DNA of 61,583 nt, counting the filler, from Trichosphaerium sp. ATCC 40318 (lineage: Eukaryota; Protista; Tubulinea), in the NCBI GenBank assembly GCA_038496445.1. It is 3 parts of 3 records of this genome, joined end to end, with 100 filler letters (N's around TTAATTAATTAA, not from the genome) between each part and the next. Parts side by side here need not be neighbours in the genome. Positions count along the whole stretch, not along the records: positions 24,332 to 55,962 come from JALMLS010000118.1; 2 more parts are not named here. One strand, written 5' to 3'. The notes under the pieces are model-generated. The model had not been told where the DNA came from, made no database searches, and saw only the letters and a program-made list of their open reading frames with translations. Each line of letters opens with the position of its first letter. Position 1 is the first letter of the stretch. The translations under genes were made by a program, and so were the position numbers. Shown here one piece after another: positions 24,332 to 38,711 of the stretch.

Positions 24332-25693
24332 TTGTTTATAATACTATATCCGTGAGCAACAATGACCTTTTATGGCGTTGAGGTGCTTTTAGAAAATGCA
24401 ATTGATAATAGTATCAATCACTCGCCTCCAGAAATTTGATTTATTTTGGTACTTTTGTAACAATAAAAAAGTTGATCGTGTTGGGCCATCCAAGCTGTTT
24501 TTGTTTGTAAAAACGTAGTGTTTTAAGACAAATACATTACTCATTATTAACGGTAAAGACTTATATAACTAATCTTGCCTAGTGAGGTCCGCTAGCAATG
24601 TATTCTCTGATGTTGGCAAAATATTCGCAAGAAAAATGCAACTTGTCCTCGTTTTTGTGATTGTTTGTGCTACTCTGGTATCTTGTGATACGTGCAATGC
24701 ATGGGCCGGACATACAGGAAGTGATACAGTATGACAAATAGCTTATTGCTACTGTAGGAGGTACTGGTTTGATTTATTTAAATTCCAACTGAGAAATAAT
24801 ACAGGAGAACAGAGTACCAAGATCGTGATTTGTATAGGATGGAACATATAAGTAGCTTTGTAGCCAGCCTTTAAAATACATGAATAGGGTTATCATCTTT
24901 TTGATGGCAATTAAGGCATTGTCAGAAACTTGTTTTTAGCTCTGGGAGCTAGTACATTTGGCAACAACTTAGCCTGCCACACCTACAATCCAATACTTTA
25001 CAATAGGGAACCTAAAAGTTGAACTTATAGAAGAGTTGGATACCAGTGGGTGCTCTATTACAGCATGTACAGCTATAGCAAACGAAATCCCAGCCTATAA
25101 TTGTGACTTAGGATCACAGTAGGTAGTTACAGAAAGTTCACTTTGTCCCATTTACGTGACACGCTTAACAAAAAGTATGTTGTAATTGTTTACCAGTATC
25201 AGCTCTGTTGAGAGCGGTTTGCATGACGGCTTTCCACGTGATATAAAAATTAAGAAATGACTTTGACAATAACTGTTGTACCATAAGTCAGTTCCATTGC
25301 TTAATTGTTCGGCAATTGGCTCCTAGAAAACCAACAAATACAATAAATGAACTTTTCAGGCGTTTCAGTGGAGCAAGCGCTTACTTATTTACAAAGGAAG
25401 AGCAATTCAGCAGCGTTTAGTAAAAAAGTAGATGAAACATTCTTGAAACAACTTGAAAGCATCTTAGATATCTCAAATACACGCTTGACGCAACAACTCG
25501 ATCAACTGTTGTTAAAACACGGATGCCAACCAAACAACTTCAAACCAACGTTTAGAACACTCTGAGTGCCTTGACACACCAAAACACAAGCAAATAAAAG
25601 AGTACGTTTCTGTTTGTTCCAAACCAGCCTTTTTCTTTCACTTTCAAGCCAGTTCGCTTTCTCGCTTTCTTAACAAGATATTGTAGTCTTGTG

Positions 25694-26826
25694 ATGCCAA
25701 CAGAACCGAACATTCTTGACCTTCCGCCAGAGATTATTTCAAATATTCTAGGATACACAGAATACCAGGAAAAGTTTAATGTTGCTCAATCATGCCGATT
25801 GATGGCTGATATTATTCATGATGTTGTTGGATATGAATATATCTTGTTAAAAAGTCCTAAAGATATTCTAAAGATCAGACAGTATAAAGGTATTATGAAC
25901 AACACTCGTATTGATTTGAGTTTATTGAATGATAATACCCTCTATTCAATGCTATTTGGGTGTAAACACATTGATACACCTTATGGCAGTGTATGTAAAA
26001 TCAATGATACTGATTTGAAAGAAATTGCTGGTGTACACAGTATAACTCTTTGTGTCAACATATTACAGATGAAGGATTAAAATTACTTGCAGGCGTTCAT
26101 ACAATCGATCTTGTCAGTTGTGAGAATATAACAGATGAAGGCATTAAAGCACTTGAAGGTGTTTATAAAATTGATATCATGAACACTGAAGTAACAGATG
26201 AAGGTCTTAAAGCTCTAGTAGATGCTCATGAAGTCAACCTCTCATTTTGTGAACATGTGACAGACAAAGGTATAAAACTCCTCAAAAATGTACACACTAT
26301 TGGTCTTCGAGATACAGCAGTTACAGATGAAGGACTCAAGGCGTTAGGAAATGTTCATACTATTGATCTTTGCCATTGCCATGACATTACACATGAAGGG
26401 TTTAAAGCATTAAGAAATGTTCATCGTATTGAACTCATGGATACTTCAGTCACAGATGAAGGGCTCAAAGCTCTCAAAAATGTTAATGAGATTTATCTCA
26501 ATAAGTGTAAAAACTACACCAACAAAGGCCTTAAAGAACTTGCTGGTGTTCGTTATATTGTCCTTTCTGGTGCCTTCATAACAGATGAAAGTATTGCACC
26601 ACTGACAGGAATCTATGATATTGGGCTTATACACACTTCCATCACAGACAATGGGCTCAACGCACTAAAAGGAGCAAATAAAATCTACCTGTGTGGTTGT
26701 CCAAATGTGACAGATAAAGGTATCAAAGCACTTGCTAGTGTTCAAGAGATTGTCATTTCTGATTGTAAAAATGTGACAAAAGAATGTATTGCATCACAAA
26801 CAAATACCCGACATACTACTAACTGA
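25694..26826 (+). pseudogene. F-box + leucine-rich-repeat protein with a frameshift near 26050
   Basis: F-box ILDLPPEIISNILGY...VAQSCRLM; ~22-24-aa LRRs GVHTIDLxxCxxITDEGLKAL; frame changes at HSITL/CQHITD. Confidence 0.85.
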
Positions 26827-26874
26827 ACATTGACTAACTAAGTTACTATTTATTTGTCTCTTGGAAGCATGTCT

Positions 26875-28543
26875 TTATTGTTCTATCTGGTTGGACCACG
26901 ATTCTAGCCCGTATAACTTTTTGCCCAAGTCCGTTAATTCTATACCTCTCGGTACGTTCATTTTAATAAGGTTCCTTCTGTATGAAACTCCTTTAGCATC
27001 CGGATTTGCAACAAACATTTTGAAGTATTGAACAAAACGAAAATTACTTGAGCTGTTTGGATAATTAGCATGAGGCAGTTCAGAGTTCCATATTAATAAA
27101 CTCCCTGGTCTCATTGGGACCTTTTTACCTTGGCTTCTAATCTTATCGCCTAAACAAACAATTATTAAATGATCATAGAACAGTGGCGGGGCGGAGACAA
27201 CAAGCAAATTCATTTGAGAAAAAAAAAAGAAAAAGAACTTTTCAAACAATGACAAAAAAATCACGTGCATAAAGGGACATGAACCAAGTCTAGAATATCA
27301 TCTTTCTTTTTACAAGCTCTTGTATGTTTTGTTTTTTGTGCCCAATCAGCAACATATTTTTGAAAGCCTGGTACCTAAAAACAATTGATCACTTGAAGTA
27401 TTCTTAGGGTAGTTCATTTTTCGTACACAAAAAAAGCCACCATCATCTTTTGAAGAAGCACCAAGGTTTAACACTCCTTGCACCTTTACATACTTTCCTT
27501 TTTTTACTCCATTATTTTCAGTAGAAAAGTCAGTAAACGCATAGTCCATCCCTTGGCCTGTCGTCCATTTCCCTTTGTTTGAGTTAGCAAAACACAAAAA
27601 ATGCTGAAACTTGTACAAGGATTAAGATCCCAGTGTATCCAATCTGATCCTTTCGTTGACACCCAGTCTTTCTTATCAATAGCACCTGCTCCTATCTTAG
27701 GAGTAGCGTTTACTCTTGAATTATTGGGTTCTAGAGGCACCGCAGAAATTCCCTTAAACAAACATGTTATTTACTAGTCATTTAAAAAGTTTACCTTTGT
27801 TGGTCTCATGGCTCCTATCTGCTCTATAGCAACCCATAAATTTGGATTACCAATAACAGTTTTAAATGAGTTATATATGTTCTCATTAACACGATTCATC
27901 CACAGTTGTTTCGTCCTTGGTTGTCCCAAAAAACCCTAAAAAACCACCAAAGGTTAATGAAAAAAACACGTTTTTAAAGAGAACCATACCAAGTTTGTAA
28001 AGAAAGCAGGCCATCCGGACTCTATACCCCACGTGGATGGATCATTTCTGTTTATTTTAATATCAAGCTCAGTAGGTTGATCAAACTTTCCAGTCTCGAG
28101 TTGTGTCCAAATGTCTGAGACACTGTTTGAGACCTTTTTCTCGTCAGTTTTTTTGCTTTTTGTTTTTGAGAAAAAATGGCGACAGCTTTTCTGAAACGGC
28201 AAAAAACTTTTTTTCCTTCATACCTCCTGTTCTGTGAGTACATTGCGTACAACAACAAACCCGTATTTAGAAAAAAACTGCTTAATCTCCTTCTCCTTGT
28301 TACTTGGCCAACTAACGCAGTATCCTTCATTATCTAAGGGTACATCAAGCTCTGGATACGTTAAATCTCCAATTGGCGCATCAGGCTAACAGAGTAAGCC
28401 AATCAACAGCAATGCCGTTTTTTTCCCCAAAAACAAGTACGAACCTCTTTATCATCGTCGAAGCGTGCGTATGTACTATATTCTTCGCCAAACGCCTTTG
28501 CTTTTGCCAAATAACGCTCCAAAAAGGATTCAGAGGAAGCCAT
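26875..28543 (-). CDS. Phytanoyl-CoA dioxygenase (PhyH)-like 2OG-Fe(II) oxygenase
   Basis: GFVVVRNVL, WIHWDLNP (HxD), VQGVLNL...DGGFFCVPGF, PMRPGSLLIWNSELPHANYPNSSSNFR; several introns; start approximate. Confidence 0.85.
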
Positions 28544-29039
28544 CTATGCAGGAGCCTTCAACAGAAAGTAAACCGTTAGTGTGATGTTAGGAGGAAGTTT
28601 GACCGAAAAGACAACGTAAATCCTCACCGTCTGCGGCACCTTGGGCCTTCAAGTTAGGAGACTTCGTTCAATGGCATAGCACCATCCGCTGGGAAGTCCC
28701 AAATATAAAAAAGTGTCGGGCATTTTATCACGTTTTGGTTCGATAGGCAAGTGCTATTGTTTACTTGATTCTCGGAAAGAGCTACTTCATTTTCGAGTAC
28801 TCGTAAAGATACCAAGTGAGTGTCGAATGTTTTACTATTGGCGACTTTGCGCAAAAAATTGTCAGCCTTGAATACGCAATAAAATTATCATTTTGCGTCA
28901 CGACATCTATACATGTACTTAGATATAATAAATTAGACTTAACTATAACTCGTATCAACGCACCTTCTTGTCGTAACATTTTGTGTTTACACGTGCCATA
29001 AATACACCAAATCAGCAAACTACACCAAATTGATCTTAA

Positions 29040-30265
29040 ATGGACAAATTGAGGTATGTTAAACGAATCTCAAGCGCCTATTCATAACAAGACTGTCTAA
29101 AAGCCGCAATCTAACGTTATATGCTAGTGAACCGCTTGTTAGTAATATTCTGGACCTTCCAAACGAAATATTAGCGCACATTCTAACGCTGAACCACTCA
29201 CGTCTTAACGCTATCCTGACGTGTAAACTGATGCGTGAAGTAATAGAAAACCATATAGGACCTTATAAAGTTCTTATACAATCAAGAGAAGAACTAGCAC
29301 GTCTTTTCGAAAAGTCAAAAGTAATCAAACATACAAGAGTTGAAGTCTTCACTTTTGAAGAAAAGCCATTCACAGACGATGATTTAAAGGCTCTATCACA
29401 TCAAAGAGTAAGATATCTAGGTCTACATGGCCACTCACGTATAACAGATGAAGGATTAAAGTCCTTAAAGGGGTTAAAAAGCATAACTTTAGACAACATA
29501 AGAAAGATTACTATAGAAGGTATAAAAGCATTAGCTGGTATACCAACTGTTCGGTTAAAAGGAAAAAACCTTGGTAATGATATTGGCGTATTATCAGGTG
29601 TTCATGATCTAGAAATAAGCCATTGTGATACACTTACTCTTGAAGCAATTCGAGAAATAATGGTTAAGCCACCACATAGAATAAAGATAACTTATTCTAA
29701 GTTATCAAATGATATTATAAAATCACTTGGTGGTATACATACAATAGATCTTTGTGGTTGTGATCAAATAAAAGATGAGGATATAAAGTCTTTTACAGGT
29801 GTAAAAAACTTGAATCTATCTTGGTGTCATAATATAAAAGGAATATATTTTGAATGGATATCTGGCGTACATACAATAGATTTATCAAGATGTAAAAATA
29901 TTACAGATGAAGGTATTTGTCATCTCTCAGGTGTCTATAAAATAGATATAACAGGGTGTGGTCGTATAACAGATAAAGGTTTTTGTGCTTTAAAGGGTGC
30001 CAGTATTGTTTTAGCGAGCAGTACTTATATAAGAGACAAAGGACTTGAGGCTATTGCTGGTGCTACTAGAATCGATATTGCTTTTTGTCAATATGTTACT
30101 GATATTGGTGTTTCTAAACTTATTGGTGTTAAGCATCTATGTATATCAGGATGCTCAAATGTTTCAGATGAGGGTATTAAGCCGCTTATTGGTATTGAAA
30201 AACTGTACGCTAAAAGAACTAAAGTCACAGAAGAAGGATACAAATACCTTGGATTAAGAATGTAA
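29040..30265 (+). CDS. F-box + LRR protein
   Basis: Exon 1 MDKLS, intron gtatgt...ctag, then in frame EPLVSNILDLPNEILAHIL...TCKLMREVI (F-box, upstream of the listed ORF) and LRRs GVHTIDLSRCKNITDEGI. Confidence 0.9.
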
Positions 30266-30837
30266 TTTTCAAAAAAAAAAATAAAAAGCTTTCAGACCTT
30301 GCTACAAGTGACAGTTTCCACTATTTTTTTATGCATAACAGTTGAGTGTGTCAACGATCACTAGGAACTCCGGTTATTTGTAACAATTGAAACACTTGAC
30401 TAGTCGCAAAACACTCAAGACGGAGGCAACAAAAGGTGTCTATTTATGACTTAAGTTGCCTAGCAGTCTGTTGTTAATGAATAAACTATTTTGAACGACT
30501 ACATACAGTACAACACATATTGTTATCACAGACCTATTGCACTCAAGTTCACTTCTCAACTAAAACAATGTGGGGAAAAGAAAAAAATATCTTGTCTGCC
30601 AAACAATTGTTATCTATTACGCCCAGTTGGCGGACCTACTGGTGCTTGAAAACAATCAGAAGTCATAGTAGAAATCAACAATCGCTTTCAAAGCAGGGTT
30701 TTCTTGTGCATGTAGTAAAAACTCCTCCAACGATATTTTACCGTCATTGTTATCATCTGCTTTAAATATACTAAAAGAATCTGTCACGTGTTGATAAAAA
30801 ACCTTTCAAAAATAGAAAATTCTTCTAAATAAGATCC

Positions 30838-31635
30838 TCACCGTTGTAGTCCTGCTTCAACTCTTGCACGTTGGTTGGCACGAATGACTTGGGATTCTCT
30901 GAGTTTGTTTTGTCCTTTTTCTTCTATTGGGATACCCATACTATCACGCAAGCAAATGTTAATCTCCTAACAAGCATAATAGTGAGTTTTTTTAATGAGG
31001 TCAATTCGAAGCATCAAATTCACAAACTACTTCAAACCTCGCTCTGAGACAGATCGATGTTATTCAAAAATACAGACATGCAACCTTTATAAACTTCATC
31101 ACGTGTTAATAACCCACTACCATCTTCATCTATAGCGTTAAACACAGCTACAAACATAAGCAAGTCGTCCACAACTGAAAACAAACAATACATTTGGAAC
31201 CACGTGTTGACGAGCGGTTTTCAGGTCGCTCTAAACACTACTGAAATAACCCCACGTACTTGTAGCTTTGTCTTTGAAGCTTCCAGATGATATTGCTGTC
31301 AAATAACTGAGAAAATGGCCAACGTTGATTTTACCCTTTTAAATCGGTTGGAATCAATAATTTTTTTAACGTCATAAACGGAGTTTAGACGCATAGAAAG
31401 CGCGTACTGTATGGTCCTTATCTATCATTAAGAATAATTTATGTATTTGCTCTAAAGTTAGCTCCTTCGTAGCCAGGGACTTGCAATACTTTACGAAATC
31501 TGCTCTGTATGAGTTTTAATCTAATTTGTTTTAAACGTTACCAAGTTCCGTTACATTTCCTTTCTGAACAGCGTCTAATGAAGATATTCTCTTTACAAGT
31601 GATATTATATCACCAGAGGGAGATGTCGTCGCCAT
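30838..31635 (-). CDS. Small EF-hand protein (multi-exon)
   Basis: MATTSPSGDIISLVKRISSLDAVQKGNVT... and exon AVFNAIDEDGSGLLTRDEVYK (canonical EF loop). Confidence 0.6.
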
Positions 31636-31925
31636 CACGCCCTTTTTGACTATAAATGAAACTCGCCTTCACTGATTTCCGCTCCGCGTATTGTCCTTCG
31701 TTTATGAGACCTTAGCATCACCTTACACGTGCGAGCGCACGCGAGAATGTCGTGACATAATTCTGTAAAGCCCTTGACATCGCTCACGCTCAAATTTAAC
31801 CCGTCTGTGACACGTGATAAAAAAACTTTGAGGAATTAAAAAATAGTTATTATTTCTATTACTTTTTTACACTAGAATACAATTTGGTGGTTAAGGTGGT
31901 TTCTTTTTCTGTCACGTGAATATCT

Positions 31926-32424
31926 TCAAGATGCAGTAATAAGAACCCATCTAGATGTACTCACACCTTTCCATAAAGGTGTTCTGTCATCTATATCAAG
32001 TGAAACAATTGACAAACTATCAACATTTTTTGTCCAATCAAGAGAATGTTTCTCGAGAAAAAGTGTCTTCCATCTTTCTCTCCAAAGTGAACTACTCCTA
32101 CTTATAGAGCACAATGTACCGCATGTACAACCAATTGCTTGGAGCCCTTTATAGTTCAGACTCTTAAATACATGCTCCCATATCTCAACAGGAAGTAAAA
32201 GAAGAACATGGTTTACTAGTAATACATCTTCATTAGCATAATCCTGCAGAGAAAAAGTGAGAAAGGAAAGAAAAAGAAAAACTCGGTGAAAAAAAAGGCG
32301 ACAGGAAAAATACTTCTATTATTAGTGTTTCTACGCTTCGCGTCTATCAAGAGCGCGTTGTGATAGATATGACGCTATCAAAAGCTCGTTCAGCTAAAAG
32401 CAAAGTACGCTTTGGTTCTTTCAT
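31926..32424 (-). CDS. Short F-box protein (start uncertain)
   Basis: LLLLPVEIWEHVFKSLNYKGLQAIGCTCGTLCSISRSSSLWRERW is a clear F-box. Confidence 0.75.
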
Positions 32425-34059
32425 GGGCGATGTACACAAACGATACGACTACGCTTGTTTAAGACTGAAATGTGGTTTTTGATGCGCCAACGTAGATCGT
32501 AGAAAAGTTTTTTTGAAGGTTCTTGGATAATTTGGAGGCCAGAGTGAACCCTCGACCAGCGCTTTGGCCGTAGCAAAAGCTTGATGACTTTTTGGCGTAC
32601 CGTGTCAAGTTGCGATATAATTTTAACCTCTGCCTTTTTAAATCGCTTTCTAGGTGACTCTTTGAGCTGTAGACGCGAGCTGCGGCGTATCTACCAGAAT
32701 TATGTAAGCGCTTCTGTAAAAAACACTATTGATGTGTGCGATTATCTAGCTGCCGCTGAGTCATGCGTACCATGCTTCTTTTGTTCTTTGAAGCTCTTGT
32801 TTGACGTCGTATACTCCGTTGGCTTGGCACGCATAACACATCGGAACCTGGTAACGCCAGCGGTGAGTTACAAGGGAAAACACGGCCGCGTGATCTCTGT
32901 TGTACGTAGTGGAATGCGGAAGGCAATACAGAGGATGTAGGAACTACATGGAGGTGCTCTAGGTCATTTATATAGGGTACTGGTGTTGCTAGCTTCATCG
33001 TTGTGGGTTTTATTGTGAAGGATTTTGGGTATGAAAACTGATTTACGCTCAAAGCTTTAAACACATTACTGGTATAGTACGCTGTTTCGAGTTTTCTTGA
33101 ATGCTACCACGTAGATTCCTCGCCGGTAGGCGGAAAAATGCCACCAGCAAGGTTACAACCGAAAAGAAGTCGATTAAAACGCAGACACAGAAGAAAAACA
33201 ACGTTGTAGTAAACAACACGCGTTTTACTCCTTCATACCAATCGCCATTGCAGTTTTTCGGAAAAGACATAGCTAGTGCTTTCAAGTTCAATAGAAGCAA
33301 CAATACATCATCAACAACAGTATGCTTTGCTACAATGAGAAGGTACACATGGAGTTTTAAGCTTGGACAAACATAAAAAAAATACTATCGCAGTAACCGG
33401 AGAGATACAACCAGCAATTTCTAAACAGTGATTTCACTACGAAGTAATTAAAAATGCTTATAACTTTGTAGAGCGAACTTTATACGATTATTAACAGGCT
33501 TCATGCCAATTCAGTTGCTTCTTGCTGTATGGCTTGCGCTTCTTGGTACGTTTTGACACGGTAAGCCAAAACAACATTCACGCATTTTTTTTGTCTAAAT
33601 ACTAAGTAGACACGTAGAACCAACATAGTCTCATCCTGTGTTAGAGGGCTCGTAGTTTTACTCACAGGGGAGAAAAATCCTATAAAACAACAGAATAACA
33701 CGCTCAAGGAGGAGCAATACTCTATAAATTGGTGATTTAGCGACCTTGTACTCTATAAGAAAACAAATCTATGTATGCTACCAATGCTAATAAAAACCCG
33801 AACGCTTGTCTCCAACGTACGCCCCCAGCACTATTATGAAGCAACAAACTCCAAGTCTCGCTGTTAGATGAGGATAAAGCAAAATTTTTCATATTTGTTT
33901 ATTGGCGTCTACAACGTTTGTCCACGCAAGCCACGGCGACGAATCATGGTGTACAAGGCTAGGTAGAATTTTGGCCTGGTTTTCGTTAAAAAGTTTCAAA
34001 AACGTCAAATTTTGTTCTTCAACTAAGCGGCAACAGTACCGACAACTCGTTTTGTCGTA

Positions 34060-36585
34060 ATGATACGTAAATTAATCGTTGTGGGTCTTGTTCTAGTATG
34101 TATAGGGGTACACGTGATAATGTTTTACGTTTTTAGCATAATATCGTTTAGAAGATAATAACAGTCGACAGCGCTGTATGTGATAGCTATATTTCGCCTA
34201 CGGGAAGCGACACCAAGGTACGTCTAGTGAAAAAAATGCCATTGTTTGTCAAAAATGGCGTATTTGGCCGATAGTCAAAAAATAAGAACAACTACGTTCC
34301 CTTGGCGTTGATTCTTTGTATTAAGGGTAATGGAACTATTGACAGTCCTTACCATACCCTAAGAAGAGGGTTTAATGCTATACCTATCTACCAAAACCAA
34401 GTTGAGTGGCATATATGCGCTCAAGGCACGTGTTCACCTCAACAAATTTATTATCTTTTTTTGGTGTTTTTGTAGCAATACTCTTTTCTCTCGTACTACG
34501 TCACTCAAAATCGTTATACAGCGGGCGTATACGACTATTCGGAGTCGGAGAGTAATGTTGTATGGACAACTGGGCATGGAAAGATAGATATAATCTACAT
34601 TACACCTATTGGAGCAGAAGATAATCTTGGTACTAAACCATTATGTTCCTTCGCTTACCAACATGAAAGGTTATGCAGCAGGCGTTATTAACTTCAAGAA
34701 TGAAGTGGTACGCTTTAACAAAGGCGTTGTAATTGTACATTAACGGTTTTTGTTCATTAGACTTTTCTTAATTTCAATGACTTGAGACTTTATGTAAATG
34801 GTTAGAAACTGAAGCTTTTGAACTCTTGTTTTGTAGATTTCTCATTGAAAATTGGTTGTAGGCGTTACTGGATTCTTCTCGGTAGCTGGAGAAACGCCCC
34901 TCGAAATATCCTTTACGGATTGCACTTTTAAAGACGGTGAATGGGGTGGTGAGTATTTTTTTTTCGAGTTTTTTTTTATGGATTTAGTTCTAGTACTAAA
35001 GAATCTTTAGTTGCCTCTCAGTCTCTTCTCACTGGTCACATTAATGTCACTTCGTGCTCTTTAGGTCTTAGTAAAGGATTCAGTGTACCACGTATGTGCA
35101 TAGATAAAGGTTTTAAATCAAAAGTTCAATCATATTAACAAGTGATTTTTTGTAGAGTTTCATTCGTTAAACGTTGAAAACATTACAATCAATTCAGCAT
35201 CCCACACCACTTTGAATGGTACATAGAACAAAGAAAACCGTGTTGTTTTTTTCGCATAAACTTTCAATAGCGAAGATTGTTTCGATGTCACGTGTTCATG
35301 CTAAGGGATCTCGATTTACTGTTAGTGCAAATATTTTTAGGATGAGTGACTCTAGTATCGATGATTGTAAAGCGTGCACTGTACGTTAAAGCTTTTTATC
35401 TTGTAACTCACTTTGTTGTTTAATTAAGGGTCCTGTTCTCAATGTTACACTTGGTGTAGATTCCTCTCATCCACATGAGTTCGTGATGGAATATACTACT
35501 TTTGAAGATAATGAGTAAGTCTTTTATTTTTTTTTTTTCCAATTTAACTAAGACATTCCTAATATAGAGTTCCATTACATCTTATCCAAATAAGTCCAAA
35601 CTATACGTTGAACTCAGAAGGTTTCTTCTCGATTATTGTGAAAAACGTGTCTTTCTTAAATAATACAGAGGTACCTTCTTCGCATAAACAGAAACCACAT
35701 TTAAACTAATCTAACTTTCTCTTTTCAAGAAATCAGAGCCTGATCCGCCAATCAAAATCAAAGATTACCAAGATCACCTCGATATAATCATGTTCAACTT
35801 GACAGGACTAAATTTTGAACCAATGGGTACCAGACAAACAAATAACCCAAAAAACCGCGAATGTCTACTTCGGCAAATCAACATTTTTTAGGTACTTGCA
35901 ACGAACTCGGAGAATTCAGTTTGTATCATCTTTTGGAATGCGAACCTTGTTTGCCTGGATTTTATGCAAATTCAACAGCACAAGCTACTTGTAATGCATG
36001 TGAAATTGGGTTTTATTCAAATTCTACAGGAGCTTCAAATTGTTCACGATGTAGCCACGGATTTGTCGCAAATACCACGTGCGTTGTTTCTCATAATGGA
36101 ATCCACGTGGGCTCATAAAATATAGAGGGTCATTAGAATGCTTAGGATGCCCTGATGGATATATACACAACGAATATTTGACTGAATGCAAGCCTTGCCC
36201 TGCCGGTAAGCACATTGCCTTTTTTTTTTTGTAAAAATGGAGGACTTACTGTTTGTTCCACATTAGGCCATAAGCAAGTTGGCATGGAGTGTCGTAAGTG
36301 CGCTTTTGGATTGACTTCCTACGAAGGAACAAATTATTGCTTAGTAGAACAATGGGTTGTTGCAGTGCTCGTGTCAATACTTCTTGTTGGCGTTCTTGTG
36401 TTTTTAGGTACTGTATAGGACCAAGAATTTTTTTGTTTGGTTTACTGATTTATGTCAAAGGTTATATATCACGTGATGTTGTATGTGGATATTGCATAAA
36501 GAAGATGAATAATAGAACGCCGGGCATTGAACCAGTTGAGTACTCTGCTATAAATGATCCTGAACCAAACGTTGATTCTTTATAA
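34060..36585 (+). CDS. Type I membrane glycoprotein with Cys-rich GCC2/GCC3 (ephrin-receptor-like) repeats
   Basis: Signal MIRKLIVVGLVLVCIG; CEPCLPGFYANSTAQATCNACEIGFYSNSTGASNCSRC, CKPCPAG; TM WVVAVLVSILLVGVLVFL; tail ending EYSAINDPEPNVDSL*; many short introns. Confidence 0.8.
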
Positions 36586-37337
36586 AAACACATCAATACT
36601 TTTTTTCATAACTTTGTGTTTTTGTTGGTTATGGGTTCGGAGGTTGTCACCAGTTTATTATCTCTTTAAAACCCTGGCATTGGACATATATGTCCAGAAA
36701 TAGTTGTTACCAATGACGAGCCATGTAGCTAATATTTATTTATTATTTTTTTGGTACATGTTGATTATACTCGTGAGGCAATCTCATTACATACCCAAGC
36801 ATGGATCTTGGAATTCAGTTCATGGATGAGTAAGGGATTGCTTGGAATAGAAGCGCAATGTGATTTCACGTACAAACAAGCAGTTTAAATTAAAAAAATG
36901 GTACAGTACTCAACAGCGAAAATTGCTAAATTAGGTTTGTACTCTCCAACTCGTTTGTTTTCTTTTAATAATACAAACACAACAGCTGAGAAACAAGAAA
37001 TGGTAAACTGCTTGAGCTAACAGTTTTTTAAACTTTGTTCTTCATACTTAGCTTCCCATATTCATTCTATTAGCTTAGAAAGCGTTATGTATAGATATAC
37101 AAACGTTTTATTCTTTTTAAGGAGCACTATTCCTTAAATTGGACATATATGTCCGATAGTACTTAAAGAGATAACTGAGGAAAGGTTGCAATGTAATATC
37201 TTAATTTCAGTTTTAATGAGATACAGGTTGTTAACCAACAGCCTTCTTTTCTTCGAAAAAATTAAATTGTGTTTTCGGTGACGAGCACAAGCTTGTGTTG
37301 ACTTCATTTTTGTGGAAAAACAACATACTACATTACA

Positions 37338-38711
37338 ATGCCAGCAAGAAGACGGACGCGACCAGTTCCGATAGAAACAAACCCACATCGCTTTAAACAG
37401 ATACTAGTGGTAGCTGATTCAACTGTTAAAGAAGTCATACAGCAAAAGGTAAACGTCTAAGCCTGTTTTTGGTGTTGCTTGTATTCAAGTTTGTTTAGTG
37501 TTCTGATGAAAACGCAAAGTGCTACTACCTGCTCACTAAAAGAGAGGCTGTGTTGTACGTTCAATGTTAGAGGTTGTGGAATTTTTTTGTCACATCACGG
37601 CTGTCAACCAAGATGTTTAAGCATCAGCTAGGAACTGTCACATTCGTAATATTCTTCGTACTTTTCTTCCTTTTCACAATCGTGTGTATCTTATTTCTAA
37701 TGCAAACAGGGAGGGCACAGACATATTGGTCGTAACTAGCACTGGAAAGGTTTACCGTGGCAGGAATGCTGAAATATTCTTGGAATTTTATAAAGGTGTT
37801 ACACCAATAGTTCTTGTTCCAAAAGGAAAAAGGCGAATATTCATTGAGGCTTTACCTACACGTGCTGTGAAGCAAGGAACATAGTACAACATCATACTTC
37901 TACATTGATCTAATCTCCTCGCTTACAGATACAATAGTGTAGCATATGAAGATACTTCAGAACCTGAAGAGCGTCCTTGTGATGAAGAGAATGACGAAGA
38001 GCCTAGACTTGAAGAGCTTCTTGCAGATTGTCATATCTCTGGGCTAGTGTTAAAAACAGTGTTTAAGCACAACCCAAAAGCCGCTGAGATGGCTGCACGT
38101 ATGTTGAATTTACTCAAAGATCGACCTGTACAACTTAACATGGATTGGGATTTCATTTGTTCTGAGCTTGATGGTCAAGATCTTGATGAGTTTCCAGGTG
38201 TTTGGACAAGATTTATTAACCCAGACATACCATCTTTCGTTGGTAATGAGATTAAGCATTACCCAGAGAGTACTTTGAAGGATTATATTAAATCAATACA
38301 TGAGGCATATGAGAAGACTGGTAGGTGGCGCCAAAGAAGGGTACAAGTTAGCAAAGTTCGAAGGCTAGTTTGCTTTGAAGATAGCGCCAATAGAAATAGA
38401 ATAGCCTACTTTGAAGGCCGTAGTAATGAAAGGTTTAAGGTTACCTTCATGCAACTAGGTGACTATTCATTGATAATAGGTAAGATGCTACAGAATAGAA
38501 GCAGTATTGGAACTGACACTATGTTTTATTAGGAAATGTCAATTCGAAGCAGTTTGTAATCTGTAACCTTGTTTTATTCAATATTGAAACTGCAGTTGAT
38601 TTTGATAGATTGAAGGGTAATTTAAGCTCAGGGTGTATCTTTGAAGATGCAATGCAACAGTTCAAGTTGTATACTATCAAATTCTACAAAGAAGATAGTG
38701 ACAGTGAATAA
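37338..38711 (+). CDS. Hypothetical protein (multi-exon)
   Basis: MPARRRTRPVPIETNP... exons with GT-AG boundaries, long open exon 37930-38480, last exon ending FYKEDSDSE*. No family recognised. Confidence 0.55.

Noticed and set aside
24637-25565. Possible small secreted-protein gene (MQLVLVFVIVCATLVSCD) and a 72-aa ORF
   Set aside because: Downstream exons could not be joined without stops; insufficient support.
32575-33720. Several 68-119 aa ORFs on both strands
   Set aside because: No recognisable domain or consistent exon chain; a gene may exist but could not be modelled.
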